The notes beneath the pieces were generated by a model, which was given only the letters and a program-made list of their open reading frames with translations, searched no databases and had not been told where the DNA came from. Below, one piece after another: positions 51,983-64,000 of a DNA stretch of 64,000 nucleotides (the stretch's first letter is position 1; every line of letters starts with the position of its first letter). The position numbers and the translations under genes were made by a program. The DNA lies in assembly GCF_009914755.1 (NCBI RefSeq), contig NC_060933.1; one strand, given 5' to 3'. The DNA is from the human T2T-CHM13v2.0 reference genome, Homo sapiens.

Positions 51983-53207
51983 AGTGTACTTTAGTTTAAG
52001 GTAGCTGCAGGTCACCCAGGTAGAGATATCCAGAATTCAGAAGATATACACAGAAAGAGACAGCTATGCTTCAAAGTAGCTGGGTCAAAATGACTTGGGG
52101 AGAAAGAAAAACAGATAGAAAGCTCAGGAAAAAGACCAAAGATAGAGTTACAGTTTGGGGAGTCATCAGCCTCTAAAAAGGTGATTGAAGTCATTGGAGC
52201 AAGCATGATTGCCCAGGAAGAAAGTTTAAGAGTGAGAGAAGAAAAAAAGTCAAAACCCTGAGGAAAACCAACATTTATGAGCAGACAGTAGAGGGATAAC
52301 TAACAAAGAGACAAGGTGCAGTAGTCAGAGAGAAACAAGAAGAACCTAGGGAAACTGGTGACATGGCATAAGGAAAGAGGGGTTCAAAGAAAGAAGTGGT
52401 CCTGAGAGTCCAATGCCACAGACAGGTCAAGGGTAGTAAGCAGTTAAGAAGACACCTTGGTAAAATCCGTGCTTGGGGAAGAAACGAAAGACGGAGTGAT
52501 TCACCTCTGTGGTTTCCTATCAGCCATAGTCTAGTTCTCTGAGTGGCAGAATTATAGAAAGATTTCCAGGGCCCTTCCTATTTACTCACAAGAAATCCCT
52601 GAGGGATTCATGCTGCTGTTATGATTAAATTAGCTATGGGAATTTTCTTAAAATTCATACTAAGCCATTGCCCTCAGCGAGCAGGCAGGATAGAGACATG
52701 GAAAGTGGTAACAGCCCTTATATACATTTGAGCTGGCTCTTTGACCCCAGTGGAGTGCTCTCTCCTGCAAAGTCCACATGTCCAGGCCAGCTTTGCACTT
52801 TCCTCTCCAGAACACAACCCTCACACTTTCAGCTTCCCAAAACACCAAAGCATATGTTCTTCAAAATTCTCCTGATGCAAAGTGTTTTCAATACTTCAAA
52901 TGTAGTAACCCCCATCCTTGAACTATAACCAGTGCTTGTCCTACTAGATGCTAGCCCCCACATGTACATCTTTAACTTTCTTATCTCCTAAAGACTTCCA
53001 CATCTTCAGTACTTCCTCAGTATTGTGACCCTCACTTTTAACTACCCAAGACTGATATCCTGTTCCCCCCAGAGTCCACACTCAGTATTAGGCATGCCTA
53101 TCACGTTCCCATGTGATGCTGACTAAAATATAAAGAATATAAGGAGTGAGTGTTCTTTCAGTTATCATATTATGCCTTTTAGCTCTGAAAAGACAATGTG
53201 ATATAGT

Positions 53208-54013
<806 letters not shown>

Positions 54014-55097
54014 ACAGTCAGTAAAGTATTGTATTAAATTACTTGTCAGGAGAATAAGTACAATGCTGGCTCTGGCACTAGTTTTCTTTATGAATTATCT
54101 TTGTAAGTGTAAAAGCACTAAAATATAAATACAAGATACCACCGTTGATATTTCTGCATTAAGAATCAATGGTAGAGAGTTCTAGAGTGGGTGTGAATAT
54201 AATTAAGTGGTCTCCCCTTATTAAATCAGTTGAAGATAGTTAAAGGTACCTACTCATCTGAATTGGAAGCAAGATGTGGATTAATTCAAAATAATAGCTA
54301 ATAAAAGCTTTTCCACTTATCTTTAAAAAGCATTATTTTAGGAAGGCAAATCCACTGGAGAATTTTTTTAACTCATAAAATGAATCCCAGAGTCACAAAT
54401 AATATTTTATTTTCTGAATTACTGTGACTAATTGAAATTTGACTTCATTGTATAAATTGCTTGATAATTCATTTACTACATAATGTTAAAAATTGAGATC
54501 CTATGACTCATGTGTTACAATTTTCTTTTCTACCTGATTCTGAAAGACTTTTTATGATTTTCCAAGTAGCAAATTTAATTTTCTTTTTGAGACTTAGATT
54601 TTTCTTTAGCAAAATGAAATAATTACTGAATAATTAACTTTTTTACTTTGACTGATTTAATTTGAATTTGCATTTTGTTAGTCCCTCAAATTGTAGTGTA
54701 GCATTTTCTTAGATGGCGGTAAGTGGATGGTGGTGGAAAGAATAGGTTTGATTTTAGGCACACTTCAGTCACAACTTCTCGCCAGCTCTGTAATCTTGGG
54801 CAAGTGTCATGACTCCTGAGAGCCTCAGATTATCATCTGTAAAATGGGGACAATAATGCCCATCTTGCAAGATTATTATGAAGAATTAAATGGAGACATA
54901 TGTAAAATCATTAGCACAGCGTTTGGCCCACTGTAGACACTTAGCAAATGGTAGTTATTTTAATATCAGTAACCTTTGTAGACTTCAGCAATCCCTCCAA
55001 AATTATTAAAAGTGTTCTAGACAAGGAGAAAAGATTGCACATTTCATATGAGTAAAAGATACCCCTCAATTAGGCAAAGGTTGATATATGTTGGATA

Positions 55098-55444
55098 CAG
55101 GTTCACACTCCCTCATATGGAATTCTGAAAACCAAAATTTTTTTCTAAAGACCTAAAGTTTTTCAGAACTTATTTGACAGCAAAATATGACCTAAACTCA
55201 TTTCTTGTTCACATCAACTAACTCCTGATGTGAACTAACATAAGGTCTTTATTTCACTTTGTGTAAATTTTCCTATGTTTCAATATAAAATTAACTAATT
55301 TTGATTATGGGGTGCTGCCCCCATCTCTTCTGGGGTGCTACATATGTGCACTATATGCTCTATATTACAATCCTAAAATCTAAAAAACTCCGAATTTTGA
55401 AACACAGCTGAGTTAAGGATTTCTGATAAGATACTGTGAACCTG
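55098..55444. mobile_element. Tigger4/MER46-type MITE
   Basis: Perfect 10-bp TIR CAGGTTCACA / TGTGAACCTG with TA flanks. Confidence 0.75.
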
Positions 55445-55535
55445 TACTTGCTTTCTTGGTCTGCTACACTCAGGATTTGTAGAAGGATAAAGATGAATGG
55501 AATGAAACAGTCTCACAAGTTTTTCAATTGTTTAG

Positions 55536-55661
55536 AATCCCAACAGAAGGCCAAAGAAGTTTGCCCCATGTACTTTATGAAGCTCCGCTCTGGCCTTATG
55601 ATAAAAAAGGAGGCCTGTTACTTTAGGAGAGAAACCACCAAAAGGCCTTCACTGAAAACAG
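55536..55661 (+). CDS. IL33: IL33 exon 3 (chromatin-binding motif region)
   Basis: TAG|AATCC...ACAG|GTAAGG; SQQKAKEVCPMYFMKLRSGLMIKKEACYFRRETTKRPSLKT; 126 nt. Confidence 0.98.
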
Positions 55662-56201
55662 GTAAGGGGAACCGTACATTCTCTGGCAATAGTGATAAGT
55701 ATCTGTTTGCCTTCACTTACCACATCTAAATATGCAATTATTTTTCCTCACTCCAAGGTTCCTTTTGGAAAATATTAAGAATGATGAACTGGTTTTTAGC
55801 TATTTTTAAAAGGGCATATAAAGAATTTTCAATAGCATGAGAGAAATGATTATGTTATAATGTTAAGTGAAAACAAAAGATACATAACTATGTGTAAATA
55901 TGTTTACAATATTTTTAAGTGTTTTTTTAATTTAAAGGAAATAGGTTTAAGCATTAATAGTGCTTGCCTTTTGGGTGTTGAGACTGTGGGTGACTAGTTT
56001 TCTTCCTCCTGATCTCTAATGAGTGTGCTTCTACTGGGGAATAAGTGTGCCAAGAGGTATCAATCCCTTTGGACCATGAAGTGGCCAAAGCCCTGGAGTC
56101 AATCACTACTCTCAGCAAGCAGCCTTAACTGGGAATCCTCAAAGGGGCATTTGTGCAGAGTGGGGATTGATGGTCTATCCCTAATCCCATCCGGTCTGCA
56201 G

Positions 56202-56327
56202 GTAGAAAGCACAAAAGACATCTGGTACTCGCTGCCTGTCAACAGCAGTCTACTGTGGAGTGCTTTGCCTTTGGTATATCAGGGGTCCAGAAATATACTA
56301 GAGCACTTCATGATTCAAGTATCACAG
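56202..56327 (+). CDS. IL33: IL33 exon 4 (central protease-sensor region)
   Basis: CAG|GTAGAAAG...ACAG|GTATGA; RKHKRHLVLAACQQQSTVECFAFGISGVQKYTRALHDSSIT; 126 nt. Confidence 0.98.
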
Positions 56328-56819
56328 GTATGACTGGTTACAGGGGTGATGTGGGAGTGAGGAGGGAGGTATGACACAGGACCCCGGAAAGTGCTACTCC
56401 AGGTAGCAGTCCCAAGTCTGTGTCTTTAATGTGTACCAGAAACTTCTGCCCATTTGCAGCTGATGTACCCATCTAATAGTATCCAAAGTAGGTGCAAGGT
56501 AGCTGTTCTAATAATGTACATGCATTCTCTAGTTAGCACTCCATCATTATTTTGAAATACTTGCAATGGATTGGAATCCCATGGTCATTAGTTTTGGTGA
56601 AAATATGTTATCTTTTGGGAAAAAAACACATTTTCCCCCCAAATTTCAATATTTTGACCATGAAAGAAAAGAGCTATTATATTTTTAAATATAATTCTAA
56701 CACTTTATACATTTTAAGTAGTAGTTAAGATGGTTTTAAATTTTATCACTTCCTTGTATAAGGTTCCAAGTTGATGATGACTTCAAGAAGTGAAGAGATC
56801 ATCATTAAAAAAAAAACTT

Positions 56820-57157
56820 GGCCAGGTGTGGTGGCTCACACCTGTAATCCCAGCACTTTGGGAGGCCGAGGTTGATGGATCACCTGAGGTCAGGAGTTCA
56901 ACACCAGCCTGGCCAACATGGCGAAACCCTGTCTCTACTAAAAATACAAAAATCTGTTGGTTGTGGTGATGTGCACCCGTAATTCCAGCTACTTGTGAGG
57001 CTGAGGCACAAGAATTGCTTGAACCTTGACAGAGGTTGCAGTGAGCCGAGATCATGTCAGGGCACTCTCGCCTGGGCAACAAGAGCGGCTGTCTCAGAAA
57101 AAAAACAAACAAACAAACAAAAAAAAACCCAACAAAAAACAAAACAAAACAAAAAAA
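56820..57157 (+). mobile_element. AluS in IL33 intron 4 with A/(AAAC)n tail
   Basis: Full sense Alu. Confidence 0.92.
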
Positions 57158-57927
57158 CCAACTTTACCTGGAAATTGCATTTGCCATTTCAAGCATTATT
57201 CCTGCTATAAATGTCCTAAATTCCCAGAAGCAACACTGAAGTTTTCTCATTAAGTATTTCTAAATCATTTACTTTAGAAGTTCATGTACAAATTCAGTAT
57301 GTAACATTCTCCTTAATATTTTGTATACTATTTTTTTCCAGGCCCCATCTGAGTAGTCCCTAAATCTGCTCCAGTTTACCTCAGCAGGCTATAAAAATAT
57401 TATCATTTTCTATGGGTATTTTGACACTTTTTAAAAGTTGGGAGCACTGCACTAAGTGTCCCTGTTATTTAGCCAGAGGAGAGAACAGGGCTTATATCCG
57501 CATTCTCCAGGACTGTCAGAAACTTCTGGGTAACTCCATACTTTATAGATGAACATTTATTTATCCATGTCTATCAAAATACAGTCCCTTCTTTACCACA
57601 GTCCCCAGACCAAGTGGTGTCATGAAGTGAAGGTTTCCTCAAGCAATGTCTGTTGCTTTCCATTTTCTTTTTCCCCACCAAACCCTCCCATAAGCACACT
57701 CACATGGCCTCCCAGGGCCTTCATGCAGGACACTAGCACCTTTAATCCCATTCAAGGGTCACATCTCAGCCTTTTAGCTATGTAAAACTTGTATCAAAGG
57801 CTTTAATCTAGCCAACAGTGACATACAAAATGCAACTCAAATTGCAAAAATGTTTTTTGAGGGAGCATTTTTTAAAAAGGTTGCCAAAAGAATTGTGCCT
57901 GACAAATTTTTGAATTCTTAACAACAG

Positions 57928-58053
57928 GAATTTCACCTATTACAGAGTATCTTGCTTCTCTAAGCACATACAATGATCAATCCATTACTTTTGCTTTGGA
58001 GGATGAAAGTTATGAGATATATGTTGAAGACTTGAAAAAAGATGAAAAGAAAG
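57928..58053 (+). CDS. IL33: IL33 exon 5 (IL-1-like domain)
   Basis: CAG|GAATTT...AAAG|GTAGAT; ISPITEYLASLSTYNDQSITFALEDESYEIYVEDLKKDEKK; 126 nt. Confidence 0.98.
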
Positions 58054-58613
58054 GTAGATTATTTTCTTTTTCTATAATAATGTAATAATGACTAATAAAA
58101 GTAAAACATTTTAATAAATCTACCAAACTTTAAACAATGGATTAACTTAGACATGGCAAACAGGTCATGCTGTGTGCTAACTCTAATGCATTGGCAGTGG
58201 GTGCCTGAATCCACTTCTATGTCAAGATGGATTCAGAAGCTTTGTCAGGTTCATCAGAGAAGAATGCTGACATTGAAATGCAGTATCTGTTGTGAAAGAT
58301 GGAAAGAGGGGCCACATGTATTTGCTATCTCTAAATTATCCACCAGATCTTTCTAGCCCTATTAGTATCACCAAAGTACAACCTTTATGCCACTGCTATG
58401 AAAAATATTTTAAATATTTTAATAACAACTATATTGGAGAATTCATCAGAGCATATTCGTGCATTTTTGAGACCTTTCTCAAAACCACAAAAGATTTGTT
58501 TTTATTGATATATAATAAAAGGGGAGGATATTTTCTGATGTTATGTGTGTGTTGGAACTGAAAACTTAACAAAATTGTGTCTCACCAGAGGGATTTTATG
58601 CATTCTCTTTCAG

Positions 58614-58664
58614 ATAAGGTGTTACTGAGTTACTATGAGTCTCAACACCCCTCAAATGAATCAG
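58614..58664 (+). CDS. IL33: IL33 exon 6
   Basis: CAG|ATAAGG...TCAG|GTAATT; KVLLSYYESQHPSNES; 51 nt. Confidence 0.97.
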
Positions 58665-59523
58665 GTAATTTGGAGGGCTGGGTAGCTGTAGTGCTTGAAT
58701 TCTTAAGTATGGGGTAAAGATAAATCCAAAAAAATCCTTTTTGCCCCATAGGAAAAAAGATAGTCTCAGAAGGTTATCTCCAACCCAAGCTCATGGTAAA
58801 ACCTTAGATTCTCAGAGGATGCATTCTCATCCATTTTACAGCTTAATCGTTAGGATAAAGTTTTGGCTACACTTAATACAGATCCAAAACAAGAGTGGTT
58901 TATGCTAGATAAAACTTTCTGTCTTAGCCAGGGCTGCAATGGCTCAACAAGTTGTCCAGGGAACCCATCTCCTTCTATCTTGTGGTTCTGCCAACATCTA
59001 CATGGTTCAAGAGTACTTGGGAGCATGACAATGCCTGGTCAGCAGGACACAGAAAAACAGATGTATGCATTCTATTTCCCTTTAAGGGTACAACCTAGAA
59101 GTTGCACCTAACACTTCCTCTTATCTCACATTGGTCAGAACTCAGTTGTATTACTACACTTAGCCATAAGAAGGCAAGCTGGGGAATGTTCTATTACTAT
59201 CCCAAAAGAGGAATGAATATTGGGTGACACTATGAGTGGCTTTACATGCAGACAGGAAAGCTGATGCCCCGAGAAGTAACCATTAGGGTCACAACTCTCC
59301 AATTAAAAAGCATATAAGAAAACTAATTTCTCTCCGGTTTATAAGTACCCTCTACTTATCAGTGCCTCTTGAACTTGGGTACAAATACTTCTAAGATACC
59401 TGTTAGTGAATGAAGTAATTATTTTATGTAACATCTTAGACTTTTTTCCTGGGTGTTGAATTCATTTAAATAAAGATGAGTTACAGTTCTTAACTTTATC
59501 ATTTATACTTTCTTAATTGTAAG

Positions 59524-59615
59524 GTGACGGTGTTGATGGTAAGATGTTAATGGTAACCCTGAGTCCTACAAAAGACTTCTGGTTGCATGCCAACAACAAG
59601 GAACACTCTGTGGAG
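59524..59615 (+). CDS. IL33: IL33 exon 7 (contains DGVD caspase-3/7 site)
   Basis: AAG|GTGACG...GAG|GTAAAA; DGVDGKMLMVTLSPTKDFWLHANNKEHSVE; 92 nt. Confidence 0.97.
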
Positions 59616-59837
59616 GTAAAAAAAAAAAATTTATCTATATCTATATATATGATTACAGAACTGTCATGAATGACTCCACCAACTTGTGTAGATTTGGGTG
59701 TTGGGGTATTTTGCAGAAGGATTTTTTTGTGTGCTATTGTATATAAAGCACAATCACTTACTACAAATGACTTGCTTCTAGAGTAAGGAAGGGAGGAAAG
59801 TGGCATGTATGGCTTTGCTATTGAAAGTCTGCTCTCT

Positions 59838-59970
59838 GCCAGCAGCAGAGCATCACCTGGGAGCCTGTTAGAAATGCAGGATTCTAAGCCCCCCAGAAAT
59901 AAATCAGAATCAGCATATTTTAATAAATCTCCAGGAAATTCATATGTGCCTTAAAGTTTGAGAAGCACTG
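59838..59970. mobile_element. MER5A hAT-Charlie MITE
   Basis: AGCATCACCTGGGAGCCTGTTAGAAATGCA...AAAGTTTGAGAAGCACTG. Confidence 0.8.
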
Positions 59971-61029
59971 TTACATAGAATGATCTCAAATCCTTTCTGT
60001 TTGGCTTTAGGAACTACTATGTTCCTCTAGGAAACGTTTCTTTGTATAATATCATTTTCTTAAACAAATACAAAAAAAATTTCCATTCTGAGCCTGCTTA
60101 AGGGAGAGTCATAAGCGTTTCCATGTGCCAAGATTTATAAATAACCTAACATCTACATTCTGAACATAGAATTAATTGCATATTCTTCTTTAGTTAGCAA
60201 ATGGCATTATTACATTGGTCATGATGTGTAATTATAACTATTTTGACAAACAAGCCAAAGGTAGAGGCATGGAAGAAAACAGAAGAGAGCATAATATAGA
60301 AGATAAATTATACAAACACAGAAAAATATAAAGCTAACTAACACAGCCATGTAAGGCCTTATTAACATAAATAGTGGATAGTAACCAGCATCTTCCTAAG
60401 CAAAACATTCCTAAACATATATAATCTAGTGTTTGGCATGTATAACTACTCAATAATAGAGCTACTTAGACTGAGCTCTATTATATAGCAAGCACTGGGC
60501 TAAATGTTTTACAAATATTATTTTATTTAATACTCACAGTAACTCTACAATGGAGTTGTTGTATTGGTCAACTGTTGCTATGTAACAAACCATCCCAAAA
60601 CTTAGTGCCTCAAAATAATAATCATTTATATTTACTCATGTCTGTAGATATTTTGAGGATTGACTGATCTAGAAAACTGGTTAGACTAAAAAAAATGAGG
60701 CTTGAGAGATAAAGCAACATCCCCAAGATCTCAGAGATAGTACATGTCAAAAGAAGGGTACAAATCCAGAACTGTTGCATCCAGATCCAATCACCCTAAT
60801 CCATACTGCCTCTCTATGTTGACTATCAGTGAATCAAATCAAATCCACCCACTACCCCTCTGGCCCTCTACTCACTTCTCCCCCTCTTCCCTCCACAACT
60901 CACTAAGCAAGCTTGCTAGAAATATCAAGTCATAAATAAGTATTCCCCTTTAGTTTCCAATACAGGCAGGTAAAGTTGACTCTGAACTTCCCATTCACAT
61001 ATGGATTGCTTTCTCTCTTGTTTCCTCAG

Positions 61030-61230
61030 CTCCATAAGTGTGAAAAACCACTGCCAGACCAGGCCTTCTTTGTCCTTCATAATATGCACTCCAACTGTGT
61101 TTCATTTGAATGCAAGACTGATCCTGGAGTGTTTATAGGTGTAAAGGATAATCATCTTGCTCTGATTAAAGTAGACTCTTCTGAGAATTTGTGTACTGAA
61201 AATATCTTGTTTAAGCTCTCTGAAACTTAG
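61030..61230 (+). CDS. IL33: IL33 exon 8 coding part to TAG
   Basis: TTTCCTCAG|CTC; LHKCEKPLPDQAFFVLHNMHSNCVSFECKTDPGVFIGVKDNHLALIKVDSSENLCTENILFKLSET*. Confidence 0.98.
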   Translation, partial: LHKCEKPLPDQAFFVLHNMHSNCVSFECKTDPGVFIGVKDNHLALIKVDSSENLCTENILFKLSET

Positions 61231-63045
61231 TTGATGGAAACCTGTGAGTCTTGGGTTGAGTACCCAAATGCTACCACTGGAGAAGGAATGAGAGATAAAG
61301 AAAGAGACAGGTGACATCTAAGGGAAATGAAGAGTGCTTAGCATGTGTGGAATGTTTTCCATATTATGTATAAAAATATTTTTTCTAATCCTCCAGTTAT
61401 TCTTTTATTTCCCTCTGTATAACTGCATCTTCAATACAAGTATCAGTATATTAAATAGGGTATTGGTAAAGAAACGGTCAACATTCTAAAGAGATACAGT
61501 CTGACCTTTACTTTTCTCTAGTTTCAGTCCAGAAAGAACTTCATATTTAGAGCTAAGGCCACTGAGGAAAGAGCCATAGCTTAAGTCTCTATGTAGACAG
61601 GGATCCATTTTAAAGAGCTACTTAGAGAAATAATTTTCCACAGTTCCAAACGATAGGCTCAAACACTAGAGCTGCTAGTAAAAAGAAGACCAGATGCTTC
61701 ACAGAATTATCATTTTTTCAACTGGAATAAAACACCAGGTTTGTTTGTAGATGTCTTAGGCAACACTCAGAGCAGATCTCCCTTACTGTCAGGGGATATG
61801 GAACTTCAAAGGCCCACATGGCAAGCCAGGTAACATAAATGTGTGAAAAAGTAAAGATAACTAAAAAATTTAGAAAAATAAATCCAGTATTTGTAAAGTG
61901 AATAACTTCATTTCTAATTGTTTAATTTTTAAAATTCTGATTTTTATATATTGAGTTTAAGCAAGGCATTCTTACACGAGGAAGTGAAGTAAATTTTAGT
62001 TCAGACATAAAATTTCACTTATTAGGAATATGTAACATGCTAAAACTTTTTTTTTTTTAAAGAGTACTGAGTCACAACATGTTTTAGAGCATCCAAGTAC
62101 CATATAATCCAACTATCATGGTAAGGCCAGAAATCTTCTAACCTACCAGAGCCTAGATGAGACACCGAATTAACATTAAAATTTCAGTAACTGACTGTCC
62201 CTCATGTCCATGGCCTACCATCCCTTCTGACCCTGGCTTCCAGGGACCTATGTCTTTTAATACTCACTGTCACATTGGGCAAAGTTGCTTCTAATCCTTA
62301 TTTCCCATGTGCACAAGTCTTTTTGTATTCCAGCTTCCTGATAACACTGCTTACTGTGGAATATTCATTTGACATCTGTCTCTTTTCATTTCTTTTAACT
62401 ACCATGCCCTTGATATATCTTTTGCACCTGCTGAACTTCATTTCTGTATCACCTGACCTCTGGATGCCAAAACGTTTATTCTGCTTTGTCTGTTGTAGAA
62501 TTTTAGATAAAGCTATTAATGGCAATATTTTTTTGCTAAACGTTTTTGTTTTTTACTGTCACTAGGGCAATAAAATTTATACTCAACCATATAATAACAT
62601 TTTTTAACTACTAAAGGAGTAGTTTTTATTTTAAAGTCTTAGCAATTTCTATTACAACTTTTCTTAGACTTAACACTTATGATAAATGACTAACATAGTA
62701 ACAGAATCTTTATGAAATATGACCTTTTCTGAAAATACATACTTTTACATTTCTACTTTATTGAGACCTATTAGATGTAAGTGCTAGTAGAATATAAGAT
62801 AAAAGAGGCTGAGAATTACCATACAAGGGTATTACAACTGTAAAACAATTTATCTTTGTTTCATTGTTCTGTCAATAATTGTTACCAAAGAGATAAAAAT
62901 AAAAGCAGAATGTATATCATCCCATCTGAAAAACACTAATTATTGACATGTGCATCTGTACAATAAACTTAAAATGATTATTAAATAATCAAATATATCT
63001 ACTACATTGTTTATATTATTGAATAAAGTATATTTTCCAAATGTA
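61231..63045 (+). other. IL33: IL33 3'UTR
   Basis: AT-rich, apparently repeat-free stretch after the stop with several AATAAA; end approximate. Confidence 0.8.
63022..63027 (+). terminator. IL33: Distal polyadenylation signal
   Basis: AATAAA followed ~15-25 nt later by TGTATGTG (GU-rich). Confidence 0.75.
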
Positions 63046-63092
63046 TGTGAGACTATAATGATTTTATCATATGATGACTCAATATTCTGAAA

Positions 63093-64000
63093 TTTCTTTT
63101 TTTATTATACTTTAAGTTCTAGGGTCCATGTGCACGACATGCAGGTTTGTTACATATGTATACATGTGCCATGTTGGTATGCTGCACCCATTAACTCATC
63201 ATTTACATTGGGTATATCTCCTAATGCTATCCCTCCCCCTTCCCCCACCCCACAACAGGCCCTGGTGTGCGGTGTTCCCCACTCTGTGTCCAAGTGTTTT
63301 CATTGTTCAATTCCCACCTATAAGTGAGAACATGCAGTGTTTGGTTTTTAGTCCGTGCGATAGTTTGTTCAGAATGATGGTTTCCAGCTCCATCCATGTC
63401 CCTACAAAGGACATGAACTCATCCTTTTTATGGCTGCATAGTATTCCATGGTGTATATGTGCCACATTTTCTTAATCCACTCTATCACTGATGGACATTT
63501 GGGTTGGTTCCAAGTCTTTGCTATTGTGAATAGTGCCGCAATAAACATACGTGTGCATATGTCTTTATAGCAGCATGATTTATAATCCTTTGGGTATATA
63601 CCCAGTAATGGGATGGCTGGGTCAAATGGTATTTCTAGTTCTAGATCCTTGAAGAATCACCACACTGTCTTCCACAATGGCTGAACTAGCTTACAGTCCC
63701 ACCAACAGTGTAAAAGTGTTCCTATTTCTCCACATCCTCTCCAGCACCTGTTTCCTGACTTTTTAATGTTCACCATTCTACCCGGTGTGAGATGGTATCT
63801 CATTGTGGTTTTGATTTGAATTTATCTAATGGCCAGAGATGATGAGCATTTTTTCATGTGTCTGTTGGCTGCATAAATGTCTTCTTTTGAAAAGTGTCTG
63901 TTCATATACTTTGCCCACTTTTTGATGGGGTTGTTTGAGTTTTTCTTCTAAATTTGTTTAAATTCTTTGTAGATTCTGGATATTAGCCCTTTGTCAGATG
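63093..64000 (-). mobile_element. L1PA 3' end (runs off the window)
   Basis: T tail then TTATTATACTTTAAGTTCTAGGG...; antisense L1PA 3'UTR and ORF2 C-terminus. Confidence 0.95.

Noticed and set aside
55436-55729. 97-aa single-exon ORF
   Set aside because: IL33 exon 3 plus in-frame intronic flanks.
56019-56333. 104-aa alternative-frame ORF over exon 4
   Set aside because: Starts in intron 3, has no recognisable homology, and its length is within chance expectation.
60976-61230. 84-aa ORF as a separate gene
   Set aside because: IL33 exon 8; the listed start is an intronic TTG.

Overview
Human genomic DNA (chr9p24.1) containing the whole IL33 gene on the + strand. There are non-coding first exons at ~20.3 kb and ~20.95 kb. 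Seven coding exons (46759-61230) assemble by GT-AG splicing into an 813-nt ORF encoding the 270-aa interleukin-33, followed by a ~1.8-kb 3'UTR. Upstream lie the processed pseudogene GTF3AP1 (split by an Alu), a near-full-length dead L1PA nested in an older L1M, and what I recall as the asthma-GWAS regulatory region. The rest is Alu, L1, L2/MIR, LTR and DNA-transposon debris, and almost all ORF-track entries are spurious. I see no wholly new gene system. The most notable unexplained structures are: (1) a 134/135-identical inverted copy of intron-1 sequence pasted 3 kb away, at a junction that looks like a deletion; (2) a 131-aa intronic ORF built across a piggyBac MER75 / MSTB-LTR junction; (3) a perfect p53/p63-type response element in a sense MER50 LTR 2.4 kb before the start codon; (4) promoter-specific overlapping uORFs; (5) an MSTD LTR promoter; (6) a modular block of three 126-nt symmetric exons. 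Repeat subfamily names, SNP identities and literature links are from memory and need checking.
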